Assembly (NCBI GenBank): GCA_950097015.1
Contig: CATNEN010000010.1
Location: forward strand, 496,001-560,000
DNA from: Macrostomum hystrix
Lineage: Eukaryota; Animalia; Platyhelminthes
Length of the DNA stretch: 64,000 nucleotides
Reading direction: 5' to 3'
Each line of letters opens with the position of its first letter. Positions within the stretch are counted from its first letter, which is position 1. The notes beneath the pieces are model-generated. The model was not told the origin of the DNA, did no database searches, and was given only the letters and a program-made list of their open reading frames with translations. The translations under genes and the position numbers were made by a program. Below are positions 37,001 to 47,410 of this stretch, piece after piece.

Positions 37001-37801
37001 AAAGTCACGGCAGATGTACACACCTGTGTGAGTATGTACCTGAGTACCGTATCGGTGTGCGTGTGCGCTCAGGAGTCAGCGAAATGGGCGGAATCGCTGG
37101 CTTCGGAGTTTACTGTCACCAAATGATGTGCCCACAGCCCTTCTGCAATTATTGTAATTACTATTAGACACATATCCCAGTGGTATCTAGACTTTAAGAA
37201 TCCTGCAAAAATCCCTGCGAAATCCAATACTTAATTCCAAAAACTTCGAAGAAAAAGTTGCACAACAACATAGATTAATGTGGTTTAATCCACTGGCCTG
37301 GTGAAAGCGGGCGTCGCAGATCTCGCACTCCAGCTCTTCGGCGCTCTCCATCTCATAATCCTCTTCATCATCGTCGTCGTCATTGTAGTCAGTGGCTCTG
37401 GATCCGCGACCTCGGCCAGTCTCGTTAACGGAATATTCCTCCTCGTCCCGATCCTGACCGCTGGCCTCCTCCTCCAGGTGGACATTGTCCTCGTCGTTGT
37501 CCGGATGGCCGGCTTCCATGTCGGGCGCCATCGGGTTAGGCAGGTGCGGCGGAGACAGCTGGCCCAGGACTGCTGGTGGGCTGTTCGACGCAGGCGGCGG
37601 CTCGTCGGGATCGTCGCGGTGCTGAGCCTCTCCAGCGGCGCTGTCAGCCTCGGGCTGGTAGCCGGAGGCATTGTGGCGCTGGAATATGTAGTTGCTCTCC
37701 TTGCGATGGTAGCGGGCGTGCAGGATGAGGATGTAGTGACTTTTGAACTGCTTGCCGCAGTCTTCGCAGGAGATTAATGGCGACTTTCTGGCTGACGGCA
37801 T
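31096..37801 (-). CDS. C2H2 zinc-finger protein, six fingers, 3 coding exons (37801-37298, 36724-36242, 31587-31096)
   Basis: Fingers CEDC..HARYH, CEICDARFHQ|VLELLKHIRVH, CDYC..HIPVH-TGERP-CPFC..HTRFVH, FK|CQIC..HLEKYH, CDQC..HLAEH. Two fingers are complete only after splicing. Confidence 0.85.
31675..31812 (+). mobile_element. SINE family A, 3'-truncated copy
   Basis: gagctcgattccgcgg B-box-like segment plus gagggccaacc...gtgtacactagctgacgatg, shared with 36829, 54270 and 62315. Confidence 0.6.
31841..36153 (+). mobile_element. Full-length Ty3/Gypsy LTR retrotransposon (Mag-like), apparently intact
   Basis: TG...CA LTRs 31841-32054 and 35940-36153 (214 bp, no differences seen), 5-bp TSD GTTAC (31836-40 and 36154-58), PBS TGGCGTCGCGG at 32056, purine tract before the 3' LTR. 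Confidence 0.97.
32055..35837 (+). CDS. Single Gag-Pol polyprotein (Zn knuckles, PR, RT, RNase H, IN)
   Basis: CKYCGGSHHAGKCPAYGKTCSKCSKRNHFAAVC; VDTGASVS; LRMCADYK; YQDD; TDAS...YSNIEREAL; H..H/CxxC and DDE integrase (HMD...SDNGPEF...SNGAAERAV). Order PR-RT-RH-IN; no env. Confidence 0.96.
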   Translation: MASRLGDLFLGDADRALMWLKAFNALARAKKWTDSTESRQVADNFLASCGLPALEKLTHLVAPKEIDKLTFQEIETALVSYLQPQKRLIVAERTDFFSIRQKAAEPIADYLARLRKAATHCAFDSLKDCASPAEELVRLTLISGLYNPEHQRRILGAMQTKDQTISEIVDLIRSCEQINTFVQTCNSVPPVGPAGPLSPPAQHNAATDESVHYSKGGRPTSNGQRIEGCKYCGGSHHAGKCPAYGKTCSKCSKRNHFAAVCRSALTSKSVHHADVPSDASMTPEPSKILHLMDVDLVNAIEVASETLLVDGAKVPMQVDTGASVSVLSSTIWESLGRPPLQKSHRRLEAYDGHTLKTLGKLCSTVEMRGRLHPAEFVVVSSLKPFGLLGRDLLDSDSLFHTNSQAPSPTVAATTLPTIKGIKAQMELVEGARSQFCRARPVPIALEKQVNAELDRLQQLGIIEPVEGPVSNASPVVWIKKKDGTLRMCADYKVHVNDKIKPESYPIPSIEHLFGKLKNAKKFAKIDLRSAYWQIELDESAQGISIINTSRGLYRVKRLQMGMKNASFIFQRTMESILSDLKGLLIYQDDIMVYAENVEALQKRLKAVKTRLAEKKVTVNEDKCTGICDSISFLGFEISAAGIRPDDKLVDKVRHISTPKTKKEIEQFLGLVNFFGRLIPDYSAKVAPLNELRKASTPFVWSEACARAFENLKKEISSRPIVQPYSLEKEVTLTTDASKGALAGVVTQEGRPVIFISRTLSKAETNYSNIEREALAIFWAVCRLKHYLQGRRFTVQTDHQPLLRLFGGSIPMSSSARISRWALYLMQFDFSVVYVPGSRIPHADALSRLPFDNDSQDPVDAFEAINSVAFESPTINPRRIASELDSDPLLQRIIRRVRNGDWHNCTQAEAAFKRNAAALTIENGLLYMHRRAFIPPRLRKEAFDAIHDTHSGTSASYHLLELSCWWPGMQRDVERFVRQCAACSSLRPRLQKSRDAWPPADAPFQRIHMDWAFVPEVGNILIVVDSYSGWIEAFPSRDRTADRVICSLRTVFTRFGVPEVVVSDNGPEFTSDALLSWLHANGARKMETPPYSPQSNGAAERAVQTVKRALQAWTQRLTHSDFIAFLQKVLLHHRNSSGARSKTPAELVFGRRLRVPVVSAFQQGDQVVYKATDHTPSRGAEFLMTQGRNTSWLLTDDKLRLASNNQIAPMLSRTSEDDEDESLEPPADMPPNETPTPPAPVADQVPRRGDRNRRQPDRYTP
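36829..37168 (+). mobile_element. SINE family A, full-length copy
   Basis: tRNA-like head (tagcggcggagcgg...gattccgcgg), conserved body and hairpin, AT-rich tail; inside intron 1 of the C2H2 gene. Confidence 0.75.
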
Positions 37802-37984
37802 GGCTGCAATGTCACAGGCAGATATTGTTGATGATTCAATCTGTGATTGCCATCATTGACTATATATTACAAGTATACATACTCGAAAACATTTTAGCAA
37901 GCTAAGAAAAGAAACTTTCTTTTTTTAAGTAAAGAAGAATAATTAAATTGTGATTTTCCCTCTGTTGTGTGTTTCTAATTAGTT

Positions 37985-38289
37985 TTGTTAATTAATTCAT
38001 TAGACATGCCTCCATTGGGCCAGATGTGCAGCCAACAGCACAGCCACAGCTATTGTGCGGCGCATCTGAAGGCTGCGTACAGCTGTTCAGTCTGTAGAGA
38101 CTGGGAGACGCCACACCCACCTTCAATTATCGCAGCTAATGCTGATATCTATTTAACAGCTGGGTGAACTGAAGCAATGCTACTTAACTGTTTTGCTAAA
38201 AGGACACAAATTGTTCCAGTGGAGTTGGGAACCGAATCCCTGACCATTAAATCATGAGTCCAATTTCCTAAGCAGTAGGCTACAACCTC
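37985..38289 (-). mobile_element. tRNA-derived SINE, family B, copy 2
   Basis: Reverse strand shows a degenerate tRNA head, ttcacccagctgttaaatag and the body shared with 26765. Confidence 0.7.
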
Positions 38290-39264
38290 AATAACATTTT
38301 TACACTTTGAACCTATATCCAATAAATTTGTCTGAATAAATAGCAGCTATGAGAGCAATCACATTGTTTGCTCTCACCACTTAACAACTTAAAAGGCAAT
38401 AATCTGACAATTTATAGCCTGGATCATAAAAACTTAAAACCAAGATCCAATTATTGCTTAATTCTCAGATCCAAAACAACATGACACCCAGCTTTTTATT
38501 CTGAAAAGAAAGTAGCAAAAAGTTTTGAGTTAGCAATTTTTTATAAACAGTAAGTAGCAAACATTTGCTAAGGCCAATAGTTGTGACAAAATACTTCAAG
38601 GATGTTATCAATTCCAAAATTTTCTTAGAGCCAGCTAATGATGCAGATACCCTAGTATCTGCTGATTACACAATGAGACAGTATAGATCAGGTAGCAACA
38701 CTTTAAGGGTTTGAATTGCCAAGCAATTCAAACTACATTTCTACATATTTTTGTTAATATATACAGATCAGATACAAAATCCTCAAGTACACCCAGTTGA
38801 TCAATATATCACATAAACTATAGATCAATTAAATCAGAAAGAAATTTGAATTTGTGCCTGATTTTGACTAAAGTTTGAACAAAAATTATGCAGCTCAACT
38901 ATGAGTATGTGAATTTTTAATTGGATATTTCATAAAATTGCTAATTGCCAAATTAATGATGGTCAAGCAACAATTAAGCAAGCTGGTTGCTATGTCAAAA
39001 TCCTAACTGATCAAGCCAGGTGCAGAGCTCCAATACACATTTTGTAACACTTTCAATTTAACATATTCTGCTGACCCTGGCTCCTCAGTTGTAGGTTTTC
39101 ATACCTTAAAATGAATTAGTGAGTCTGTGCACTGAATACTGACACTAAATAAGTTAATTTAGTTTCTATCCCTTTTCAGTTTGGTTTGTGTATTAGCAAG
39201 TGTATTAAAATAAGAAATAAAGTAACAAATTATCTTTAGATGAAGCCTAAACTGAGTCAACCTT

Positions 39265-39278
39265 GTTGCCATAGCAAC
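39265..39278. promoter_or_regulatory. RFX X-box-like palindrome GTTGCCATAGCAAC
   Basis: Matches the RFX consensus; ~1.5 kb upstream of the C2H2 ATG; function unproven. Confidence 0.25.
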
Positions 39279-39660
39279 AAAATTGTTGCCAAAATCAAAA
39301 TAGTGATAGCGTATTTTTGACCAGTTCTTAATTATGACAATGCCAAATTGCACAGGCTGTGATTGCTTCAGCAGCTATAGCAGGTTTGGCCAAGCCTGCT
39401 ACACAAACCTGCTACAATTCCATGGCTAAGGCCTGCGGCTGCTAGCGACACTGGTGACTCTCCATGTAGCCCTGTTTGACATGAAACACAAAATTTGTTT
39501 TCGTGCTTTCAAAAAGCAGGTGACACTGCCAACAGTATGCTATATATGTTTTCACCTGTTAGATACAGTGTGTCACACCTATTAGACACAATATTTTCAC
39601 CTGTTAGATACAGTACTGTAACCTTATAGATATAGTACTTCCACATGTCAGACACTGTAA

Positions 39661-40023
39661 GGCAAAATCCGCAGTGAGGGGTGCCCCTTCTGCCTCTCCT
39701 ATGTTGAGGATGCAGAGCATTTTATTTGCGACTGCCCCGCCTTCACTCAGGACAGGCTCACCTATCTCGGCCCAAACCCGGATCTCCCCGACATTTTCAG
39801 GCCTGAGAACATCTGCCAGCTTGTCCGATACCTGAGGGCCACCGGGCGAGCAACCCTCCACCTCCTGGACTCTCCGGAGGAGGACCGCGCTGCGGACGCC
39901 GGCACCACCGGATCCCCCTGCGCGACACCGCAGCTTTAGTTGCCCGTGGTCGCCAGGGGCTAGCGGAATTGGCGGCAACGCCTCCCCGCTGCATCCGGAA
40001 GATGCCCCCTGCAGCTAAGTCAA
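39661..40023 (+). mobile_element. 5'-truncated non-LTR retrotransposon (LINE) with 14-bp TSD
   Basis: TSD gtcagacactgtaa (39647-60 and 40024-37). Frame from 39661 reads ...[21 protein letters not shown]...R..YLG...*, an ORF2 C-terminal CCHC knuckle, followed by a short 3' UTR ending in (aagtc)n. Confidence 0.85.
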
Positions 40024-40048
40024 GTCAGACACTGTAATGTCTCATTGA

Positions 40049-40216
40049 TAGCTCTGTGTATGGGGACATGGCGGCCGTGTTCCTAGTAATCTACCACTCA
40101 CATATTGAATCATGTTGCATTTAAAGCCCATTGTTCAGAGACAACCGCCGTGCCCCCAGGCATGTGAGTGGTAGATTACTAGGAACACGGCCGCCGTGTC
40201 CCCATACACAGAGCTA
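40049..40216. repeat. 55-bp inverted repeat (1 mismatch) with 58-bp spacer, plus a partial third copy
   Basis: 40049-40103 is the reverse complement of 40162-40216; gggacacggcggccgtg recurs at ~40217-40233. Confidence 0.9.
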
Positions 40217-41267
40217 GGGACACGGCGGCCGTGCCGCAAATCCACACAGCTAAAGATTTTAGATAGGCCTACAGATACTTTAGCTATCTAAAATTTTATA
40301 TCCACTTTGACTTTTTCTACTTTTCAACTCTTTAACTTCAAAAATATTATATTTATAATATGCATCATATAAGAACTAAACAAACGATGACATGAAACTG
40401 CGGCTTATGCCTGTATAGCTAAATAAACACTATGTCACTCAGTATGTCACTCAGTCATCGGGTATGACGAAAAAGCTGATGACGAAGTGCCCAGGAACCC
40501 TGGGCACAGACCTTCCATCAGAAAATTACTAATACATATTGAAACAAAAAATAGTTTTAATCGAGAAATAAAACATTATTTGTGGGCTTAGTTACTGTTA
40601 GTACAAAAACCACGAAATAACGTAACAACGTGTCTCATTCATATCAGTTAACACACACAATTTTTAACGAAACGCACTCTTAATTAATAAATAATGCAGT
40701 TTAAAAAGTTAGAGAATAGCATAAAACAAAACGTTATTATGGAAAGCTAGTAAATAGTTTTTATTCCACTGTTTGACATAAAATAATTATTTAAGTTATA
40801 TTTAAGGTTTTTATAGTTAGAGCAAAAAATCCATTTAACAGCTGTCGTAATTAAACTATTTTTAAATTATAAATGATACACGATTAAAGTCACAATTTAA
40901 GGACTTCGAGTGCAGCAAATCGTTTCGCAATTAACTTTTTACTGCGCTTTTGTAATTTTTTTCTCTTTGCTATTTGTTTCTTTTTGTTTTCGTTTCTTTG
41001 CTATTCGAGTCGGTTGTCAAAATCGAATGATAAAAATTTATTTTATATTGTCTATTAATAAAAAGTTGACAAATGACAAAAAAGTTAAATTCCAGTATCA
41101 AAACAATGAATGCAATGTAAAGGGTGTCAGTTTACATGTAAATTTTTGTCTTATTTCGACTTATATCATTTTCTATTACTTAAGACGTCCGAATCAATAA
41201 TTCATAAAAAGTACGTCATGCGGCTGCGCATGGATTGTTTTTTGTAGTTTGAGCCTGTGCACATGCT

Positions 41268-42161
41268 TTATCGCTTAGCGGCACGCCGGACGAGCCCCTT
41301 GTGTTTACGGCCTCGACTCGACGGCAGTGGAACGCCAGCTGCCAGCAGCAGTTCATCCGGAATGACTGGCAGTCTCGTCATAAAATCTGACTTGCCGTCC
41401 CCAAAAATGTTGTAGCGCTCGTACAGGTCCTGTCGGGTCTTCTCTGCCTCACTCATTGCCCTCACGTGCTTGAAGAACATGCTCCAGCCTTCTGCCTTCT
41501 TTGCATGACGCTCTCTGTGGATGTCCTCAATGACGTCGCGCATGAGAGCCCATCGCTTAAGAGCCCGCCTTCTTCGAGGGTCGCTGACGCTTCCCGGGTC
41601 GGGTGGTTTGGACGGCTCGGCTCTGTTAGGGGCCCCTACTGCTATCTCGTCAAAAACTTCGTCAGCCTCGATGTCGGCGTCATTCTCCTCGACTAGGGTG
41701 TCTCCGTCCAGCCGACTGACTGACTCCGGCTGCTGGTTGTTCGAACGCCGTTGCTCGCGCACCTGCTGCGCCGTCAGCCGCCGGGTTGCTGTTCGCTCTT
41801 TGGCTTCGGCCAGGGCCTGACGGAAGTTCGGGCTGACTCGGCTACGGAACACACTGACCGCAGTTCCGTCACCACCTGGTGCAGTGGTGGCACGCGACTG
41901 GTCGCCTCCTGCCGTCCAGGAGTTGCCCCGCTGAAAGTCGAGCAGCTCAGAGGCCTGGCTGGGACTCGGCGAGTAGCCATGAGGTGCGAAGCTCACCAGA
42001 GCGTTGGCTGCAGCACCGCCACCACTGCTGCTGCTGACCCGCTGGGCTCGCATGCTGGTCGCGGAGGAAGCTTGGACGCTTAAGTGCGGTACCCGAAGAC
42101 CCCTGCTGCCGCTGAAGCCGCCAGCTCTGCTGCCGCCTGACCTGTGTCCGCCTGCGGCCAT
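41268..42161 (-). CDS. Uncharacterised 297-aa protein, single coding exon
   Basis: Open ORF with ATG preceded by a plausible AG acceptor; low-complexity N-terminus; helical-looking C-terminus (KRWALMRDVIEDIH...GWSMFFKHVRAMS...RQDLYERY). No family recognised. Confidence 0.6.
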   Translation of the reverse strand: MAAGGHRSGGSRAGGFSGSRGLRVPHLSVQASSATSMRAQRVSSSSGGGAAANALVSFAPHGYSPSPSQASELLDFQRGNSWTAGGDQSRATTAPGGDGTAVSVFRSRVSPNFRQALAEAKERTATRRLTAQQVREQRRSNNQQPESVSRLDGDTLVEENDADIEADEVFDEIAVGAPNRAEPSKPPDPGSVSDPRRRRALKRWALMRDVIEDIHRERHAKKAEGWSMFFKHVRAMSEAEKTRQDLYERYNIFGDGKSDFMTRLPVIPDELLLAAGVPLPSSRGRKHKGLVRRAAKR

Positions 42162-43106
42162 CTGAAGGGAGGCGACTGTCGCGGCTGAGCTTTGCTTTTA
42201 TTGGTTTTTCAATGATTAGCTCACTTTTTCGTCGGGAAATTCACACAAAAGATGGGACACAGTTTCTCCCACCCCTTGCTACCGCTTTGTTGTCCTTATT
42301 GTTTTGAACCTGGCGCTGTCCTGGTATTGTGTGCGGAGTCTGCTCTACTCTCCTCTGCTTGCCCGGCCTGGGCTTCCTGCCCCCCTGGGCCGTCTGTTTT
42401 TAAACTCCGGCAGCCCCCGCCTGCCTTCCTTCCGTCTTCTTCCCATATTGTTTCTTTCTCCCGTCTGCGAGACAACCGGCCCCACCTCTGAGGTCTCTGC
42501 GAGGTTGCCGTGGAAACTTGCCGGCCCGCGGGAGGGGAGAGGAAGATCCCAGAAGAAGTGAGTTTGGGGTGAGGCGCTGCTGCTGCGGAGCGAGCATTGT
42601 TGGCTCAGCTCTTGAATCTTTCCTCAGCTGTCTGTGCCGCAGAGCGGGGACCCGCCTGCCTTGCTGAGTACTGTGCGGACACAGGAGCTTACCGGACAGT
42701 CTGTACAGCTTAGCTGGTTGGCAACCAGTTGATTGCATTCTCCTCCTGTCCAGGTGAGATAGACATTCCAATGAGTTTACAATGAGTTTGAACTGCAGGC
42801 ATCGCATAACGGGAATAAAATGCCATCGGGAACTGCTGTAGCCATCATAAAAGCAGTGCTAATTAACTTTTTTTCACATGAAAGCCATTAGCATTAGAAA
42901 TGATGCAGCTGTGTATTTACGATCGTGTCTGATGAGATACGCGCACTAGGTACTGCAGGCACGCTCGCGTGTGGGTGTTGGAATGGAGCTCGGGAATGGT
43001 ATATTAGTAGCTTTATTCAGAGGAAGTGGACATTATAACGTAAGTAGACGCCATACAGCGCATAATATCACACAAAACAGTCTGTGCGCAGTCTGAGCTC
43101 CAGTAG

Positions 43107-45620
43107 CTATTGGTGCAGCTTCAGGTAGGCCTTGATGCACTCGGCCATGCTGACATTGCAGTTCTTCTGCAACGAACAAGCAGAGTGGAGAAACTCAGTG
43201 TGAGCTACTTGCAGCAGTAAGCCAGGGCATTGAAAACATATTTTAGGAGACACTTAATTACCTTCAAGTTGAATACGCTCAAAATCTTGTGCGCTCTGAC
43301 GAATACCCCACTGTTTTTGGGCACCGTGAAGTACCTGATCCCTCCTAAGGTGCCATCAGTGTTTCCCTGCTGTGAGTGCAGCCGAATTCCCACGAATACC
43401 TTTTCCTTGTCTCCAAGGTGAGCGAGCCCCACGTACTTCACAATTCCAGACTCTTGGCTGCCTGCTCAAGAAAAGTATAAAGTAAAGTGAAAGCACCGAA
43501 CTTGATTCCGCAAAATTGAATAACTCGTCGTTCCGTATCAAAAGGTTCAATTGTGTTTAATAGTCAGACCTCACAAACACGTTGAAGACAAAAAACGGAA
43601 CTCACAACAATCGAATGCTCACCCCGAACCTCGACCGTCACTCGACTGCCCAACTGTACATACAGCGAAGCCACGGCATCCAGCCGCTTTTTGCTGAGTG
43701 CCGCCACTGAGTAGTCAGCCGAAGTCACCGGCTGGGATGACGACACTCGCGAAGGTACACAGCCCGCCGCGCCGGCAGGTGTGGCCGCTTCAGCCCTGGT
43801 GGAGGCGCGTGACGCAGCTTGGCTGGCTCGCCGCTGATCGCCCACCTGCTGCAGCTCAACGCTGCGGCTCGAAGCCGCCGAAACACTCTGTAGGTTGGGC
43901 GGAGCGGCTGTGTGAAATGACAGCGAAACTTTTACGAGTCAGCAATTGCTATCGTGATTCGTCCCAGATCATTGTATCTCAGGTCGGGAATGGTGAGTAC
44001 GAAACTTAAAGCAGGGAATTCAGATTGAAAGGACACAGCCAAGGCGTTAACTAAATTCTACAAGCTATGCAGTTGCACCTGTCTAGTGTTATGCTAAACA
44101 TCCCCACGCACCCTCGGCTGCCCGACCGAGCTCCGGCTGGGAATTCGAACGGCGCCGCATTTTGGACGAGCACCGAGCAGCCGCCTGCGATTCCTTGCCG
44201 TTTCCGCTCTACGGGGTGGCTCAGGCTCCTCTTCACCAACCAACTCCTCCTCGCTGGTCAACGCTCGAAAGAACTCGTCAATGCTCTCGTTGATTTCCGG
44301 GTGCACCTGACGCAGTCGCTGAATGAGTTCCTTGAGTGCCTCCATTGTCCTTGCCTGGTGCTGCATGGCCTCATCTTTGTCGCAAACGAGGTTTCGCAGC
44401 GCCTCCACCTCCTCTTCCAGCGAGGTAACCCCTTCGTTCGCTTTTTGCAGCCTCTCATTCTCCGACTTGATCACCAGCAGCTGGTCGGCTTGCTGCCGCT
44501 GTAGGCGCCGACTCGATCGCACAAGCCGGCCGGAGTCCTCGGCAACGCGCCGGACTTCAGCGAGCTCTGCGCGAAGCGAATCATTCTCGGCGCATGCCTT
44601 CTCGCAGTCCTGCAGCTCCAGTTCTAGTTTCGCGCGCCGCTCCACCTCCATCCGCACCTGCTCCTTGAGGTTGTCGTTCTGGTTGCGCAGCTCCGCTATC
44701 GTGTCCTTGGCGCGCTGCAATGGTTCCACGAGTTCCCTGACTCGACGCCATTCCAGATGCACAAAAGGTTCTACCAAGCCAAGCATGTCGGTGTACCTTC
44801 AGGTGGTCGTTGGCTTGGACCAGCTCAGCTCGCAGTTTGTCGTTCTCTATTGTCCTCTCACGCGTCTGTAGCCTGCAATGGAACGCAGATGATAGTCTTT
44901 TTGAGCACGGAGAGCCAGGCACAGGAAGCTTCTTTGTTGGGCTCTTGATTGAGTCTTAGCAACTTAATAGTAGCCCGGTGCACAGTGGTCTGAAAACTTC
45001 AGCCTCACTCGGCCTTAGCAACTCAGCAGTGAGCCGCGTCGGTGAAGAAAAAGCAGGATAGCCGTACAGAGCACAGTGCGTGCTTTTTAAGATTCCAGAA
45101 CCCAATTTACCACTTCCCTCCCTCCCATCTTTCCCATTTTCCAAATGAAGCGAAAGGCCAATCGGCGCGGATCACAGAAAATCCGGGCATCGATTTCTTG
45201 CTGGAGAATTGCCCCAGTCAGGAAACTGACCGCCCTGAGTGCATGTGTATAGGAGATAAACCGAACTCACTCGAGGTCGTTGATGCAGCTCTTCAACTGG
45301 GCACAGGCCGTGACCACCGACTCCGCGTTCTCGACTAAAATGGTATTTTTGTCAGCTCAGGCAGCTTAGTCAGCTAAGAGACGGTTGCTGAGGTCTTACC
45401 CTTGGCTCGAGTCTTCCGGAGCGACTTTCTCAACTGGCGTATCTCCGAGTCCCCTCCCTCAGCAAGCTCGATCTCCATTTGGCAGTGAAAGCTTTGTGTT
45501 TCCTACAACTGTTAGTGTTTTGTTTATTCATAACTACGGCTAAAACTTACCGATGGGGCATTGCTTCCTGATGAACTCTCGACTTCCTCAGTTTCAATTT
45601 CACAAAGCTTTCCTAATCTT
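43107..45620 (-). CDS. Coiled-coil protein with C-terminal CAP-Gly domain, multi-exon, 5' end uncertain
   Basis: Coiled-coil exon ~44094-44786; VQLGSRVTVEVRG|SQESGIVKYVG...FVGIRL...GNTDGTLGGIRYFTVPKNSGVFV; last exon ...CIKAYLKLHQ* ends at 43107; upstream exons ~45235-45310, ~45400-45500, ~45555-45620. Confidence 0.75.
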
Positions 45621-46174
45621 TTGCGGATTCCCTATTGAAGCTTGTTGTAATAACCAGCATAAAATTATATTTGGCTAGGACGCCAATGGTTTAATTAGCA
45701 CACCTTCGCCCAACCTGATTCTTCTTTCTAATATACGAAGCAGCGAGCCAACAGAGGTATAGGCCTCAGCGTTTGAAAGTAGCGCTCCGCCGGCTATATG
45801 AAGAAATTGTTGCCCGACCGGCAAGAGCAAACAGGTGCGAGGCATTGCGCTAGGCTCCCACTTGCCGCTCCAAACTAAACTTAGCGCAGGCTGGCTTGAA
45901 ATGCAACCAGTCAAGGCCAATAAATCGCATGCCGCTTCGCGTAAATGTAAAATGTGTCCAACTGCTGCCAGGTCTGTGCGCTTGTCCGGAAACGCCAAAC
46001 GCAAAATGCCAGAACTTCATGCTAAACATTGCAAACATATCGCTGCTGCGAGTTTAAACTGTTCGCTGCATCTCTGACAGCTATTCGTCCAGCTATAAGC
46101 CTTACAACTTTTCTTCAACCTTAGAAATTTTTAGAATTTCAGGTTTCTCATTATTCGAGGCAGCTTAAATCGCA

Positions 46175-47410
46175 ATGGACAGGCTGCCAGAGCTGCAGAG
46201 TCATGCTGACGAGCTGGAAGAGAAGGTCACGTGCCCGATATGTCTGTGCATGTTCAGCAATCCCAAACTGGTGGTGCCCTGCTGCCACACGCTGTGCAGC
46301 GACTGCTATGTGGCCCTGTTCTCTCAAGGGGACGGCAGATTTGAGTGTCCATTGTGCCGAGCACCCTGCACTGTGGCTCCCACCTTGGCAAAGAGGAACA
46401 CTGCCATGGAGGACCTAGTTCTCGAGGCAGTGCGCGCTCGCTCAGAGATTCTTCGGAATGAAACAGAAAATGCAGCGGCATCCGAGTGGCCCGGACGACT
46501 AGTAAGCCAGATCAGCTGCCCAAGCGAGCCATGGGACCTGGTGCTGCTGCAGCACACGGACCCTGAACTGTTTCATGACTCGGCGAGAAAACGGATTGTG
46601 CGATGGACTCCACAGGAACCGCGGACGAAGTTGCCGCCTCTGCCGTCAGACTTGCTGTTCTGCGTTGGAGATGATCTCGACGATGCTCGCTTGTTTGCAC
46701 TCGACGGTCGCCTGCTGGTGGACAGTTGGCGGATTTCCTGGCCTGACGACAAGTTCTACGACATTCACCGAGTCAGCTTCGACCGCAGCAGCAACCGTCT
46801 GGTCCTGTCAGACTTCATCCGTCATCAGGTAGTCCTTGCCGATCTGACGGGCACCGTGTCAAACATCATTGATGAGCTGCCCTGCCCCACCGCCAGCTGC
46901 GTCCAGGTCGCCACCCGCCGCCTCTTTGTAGTCAGCAGTAATGGGACGTGCGTCAGCAGCTTCTGGACCGTCGACTACAGACCCACCGGCGCTGCCTGTC
47001 AAGGCTTCCAGCAGCTGGTGGACATCGCCTGCGACGACTTGCATGTCTACGCCAGTGACGCGGACACCCGCCAGATCTGCGTCCTTAGAGCCGACGGTCT
47101 CGGTCTGTTGAGCACGCTGTCAGTTGATGGTCAGCCGAGTTTTCTGCAGTTCGTATCGCCAGGCCTCCTGTTGGCCGCAGTACGGACTTTCGACAAGTCA
47201 AACGACTGTGGCAAGTCCAGCTACCGGCTGGCGATGATGAGCACGCACGGCGCTCTGTCGTGTGTGAAGGAGCTGCCCTGCGCCGTCAAGATCTCCGGGC
47301 TTGCATACGACACGGTCCGGGACGTACTGTACCTTGGCGATTGCCAGAACTGTGTGATCAACGGCTTCACGATCGCGCCGCTCAGCTTCCTGGCCCTGTG
47401 TCCATTGTGA
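46175..47410 (+). CDS. RING-finger + NHL-like beta-propeller protein (TRIM-NHL-like), intronless
   Basis: CPICLCMFSNPKLVVPCCHTLCSDC...CPLCR; repeats such as LVLSDFIRHQVVL, PTASCV...RLFVV, LHVYASD....QICV, GLAYDTVRDVLYLGD. Confidence 0.8.
   Translation: MDRLPELQSHADELEEKVTCPICLCMFSNPKLVVPCCHTLCSDCYVALFSQGDGRFECPLCRAPCTVAPTLAKRNTAMEDLVLEAVRARSEILRNETENAAASEWPGRLVSQISCPSEPWDLVLLQHTDPELFHDSARKRIVRWTPQEPRTKLPPLPSDLLFCVGDDLDDARLFALDGRLLVDSWRISWPDDKFYDIHRVSFDRSSNRLVLSDFIRHQVVLADLTGTVSNIIDELPCPTASCVQVATRRLFVVSSNGTCVSSFWTVDYRPTGAACQGFQQLVDIACDDLHVYASDADTRQICVLRADGLGLLSTLSVDGQPSFLQFVSPGLLLAAVRTFDKSNDCGKSSYRLAMMSTHGALSCVKELPCAVKISGLAYDTVRDVLYLGDCQNCVINGFTIAPLSFLALCPL

Noticed and set aside
40470-40515. 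CTGATGA followed by the hairpin gtgcccagg-aac-cctgggcac as a hammerhead ribozyme
   Set aside because: No GAAA after the stem and no helix I/III with an NUH site.
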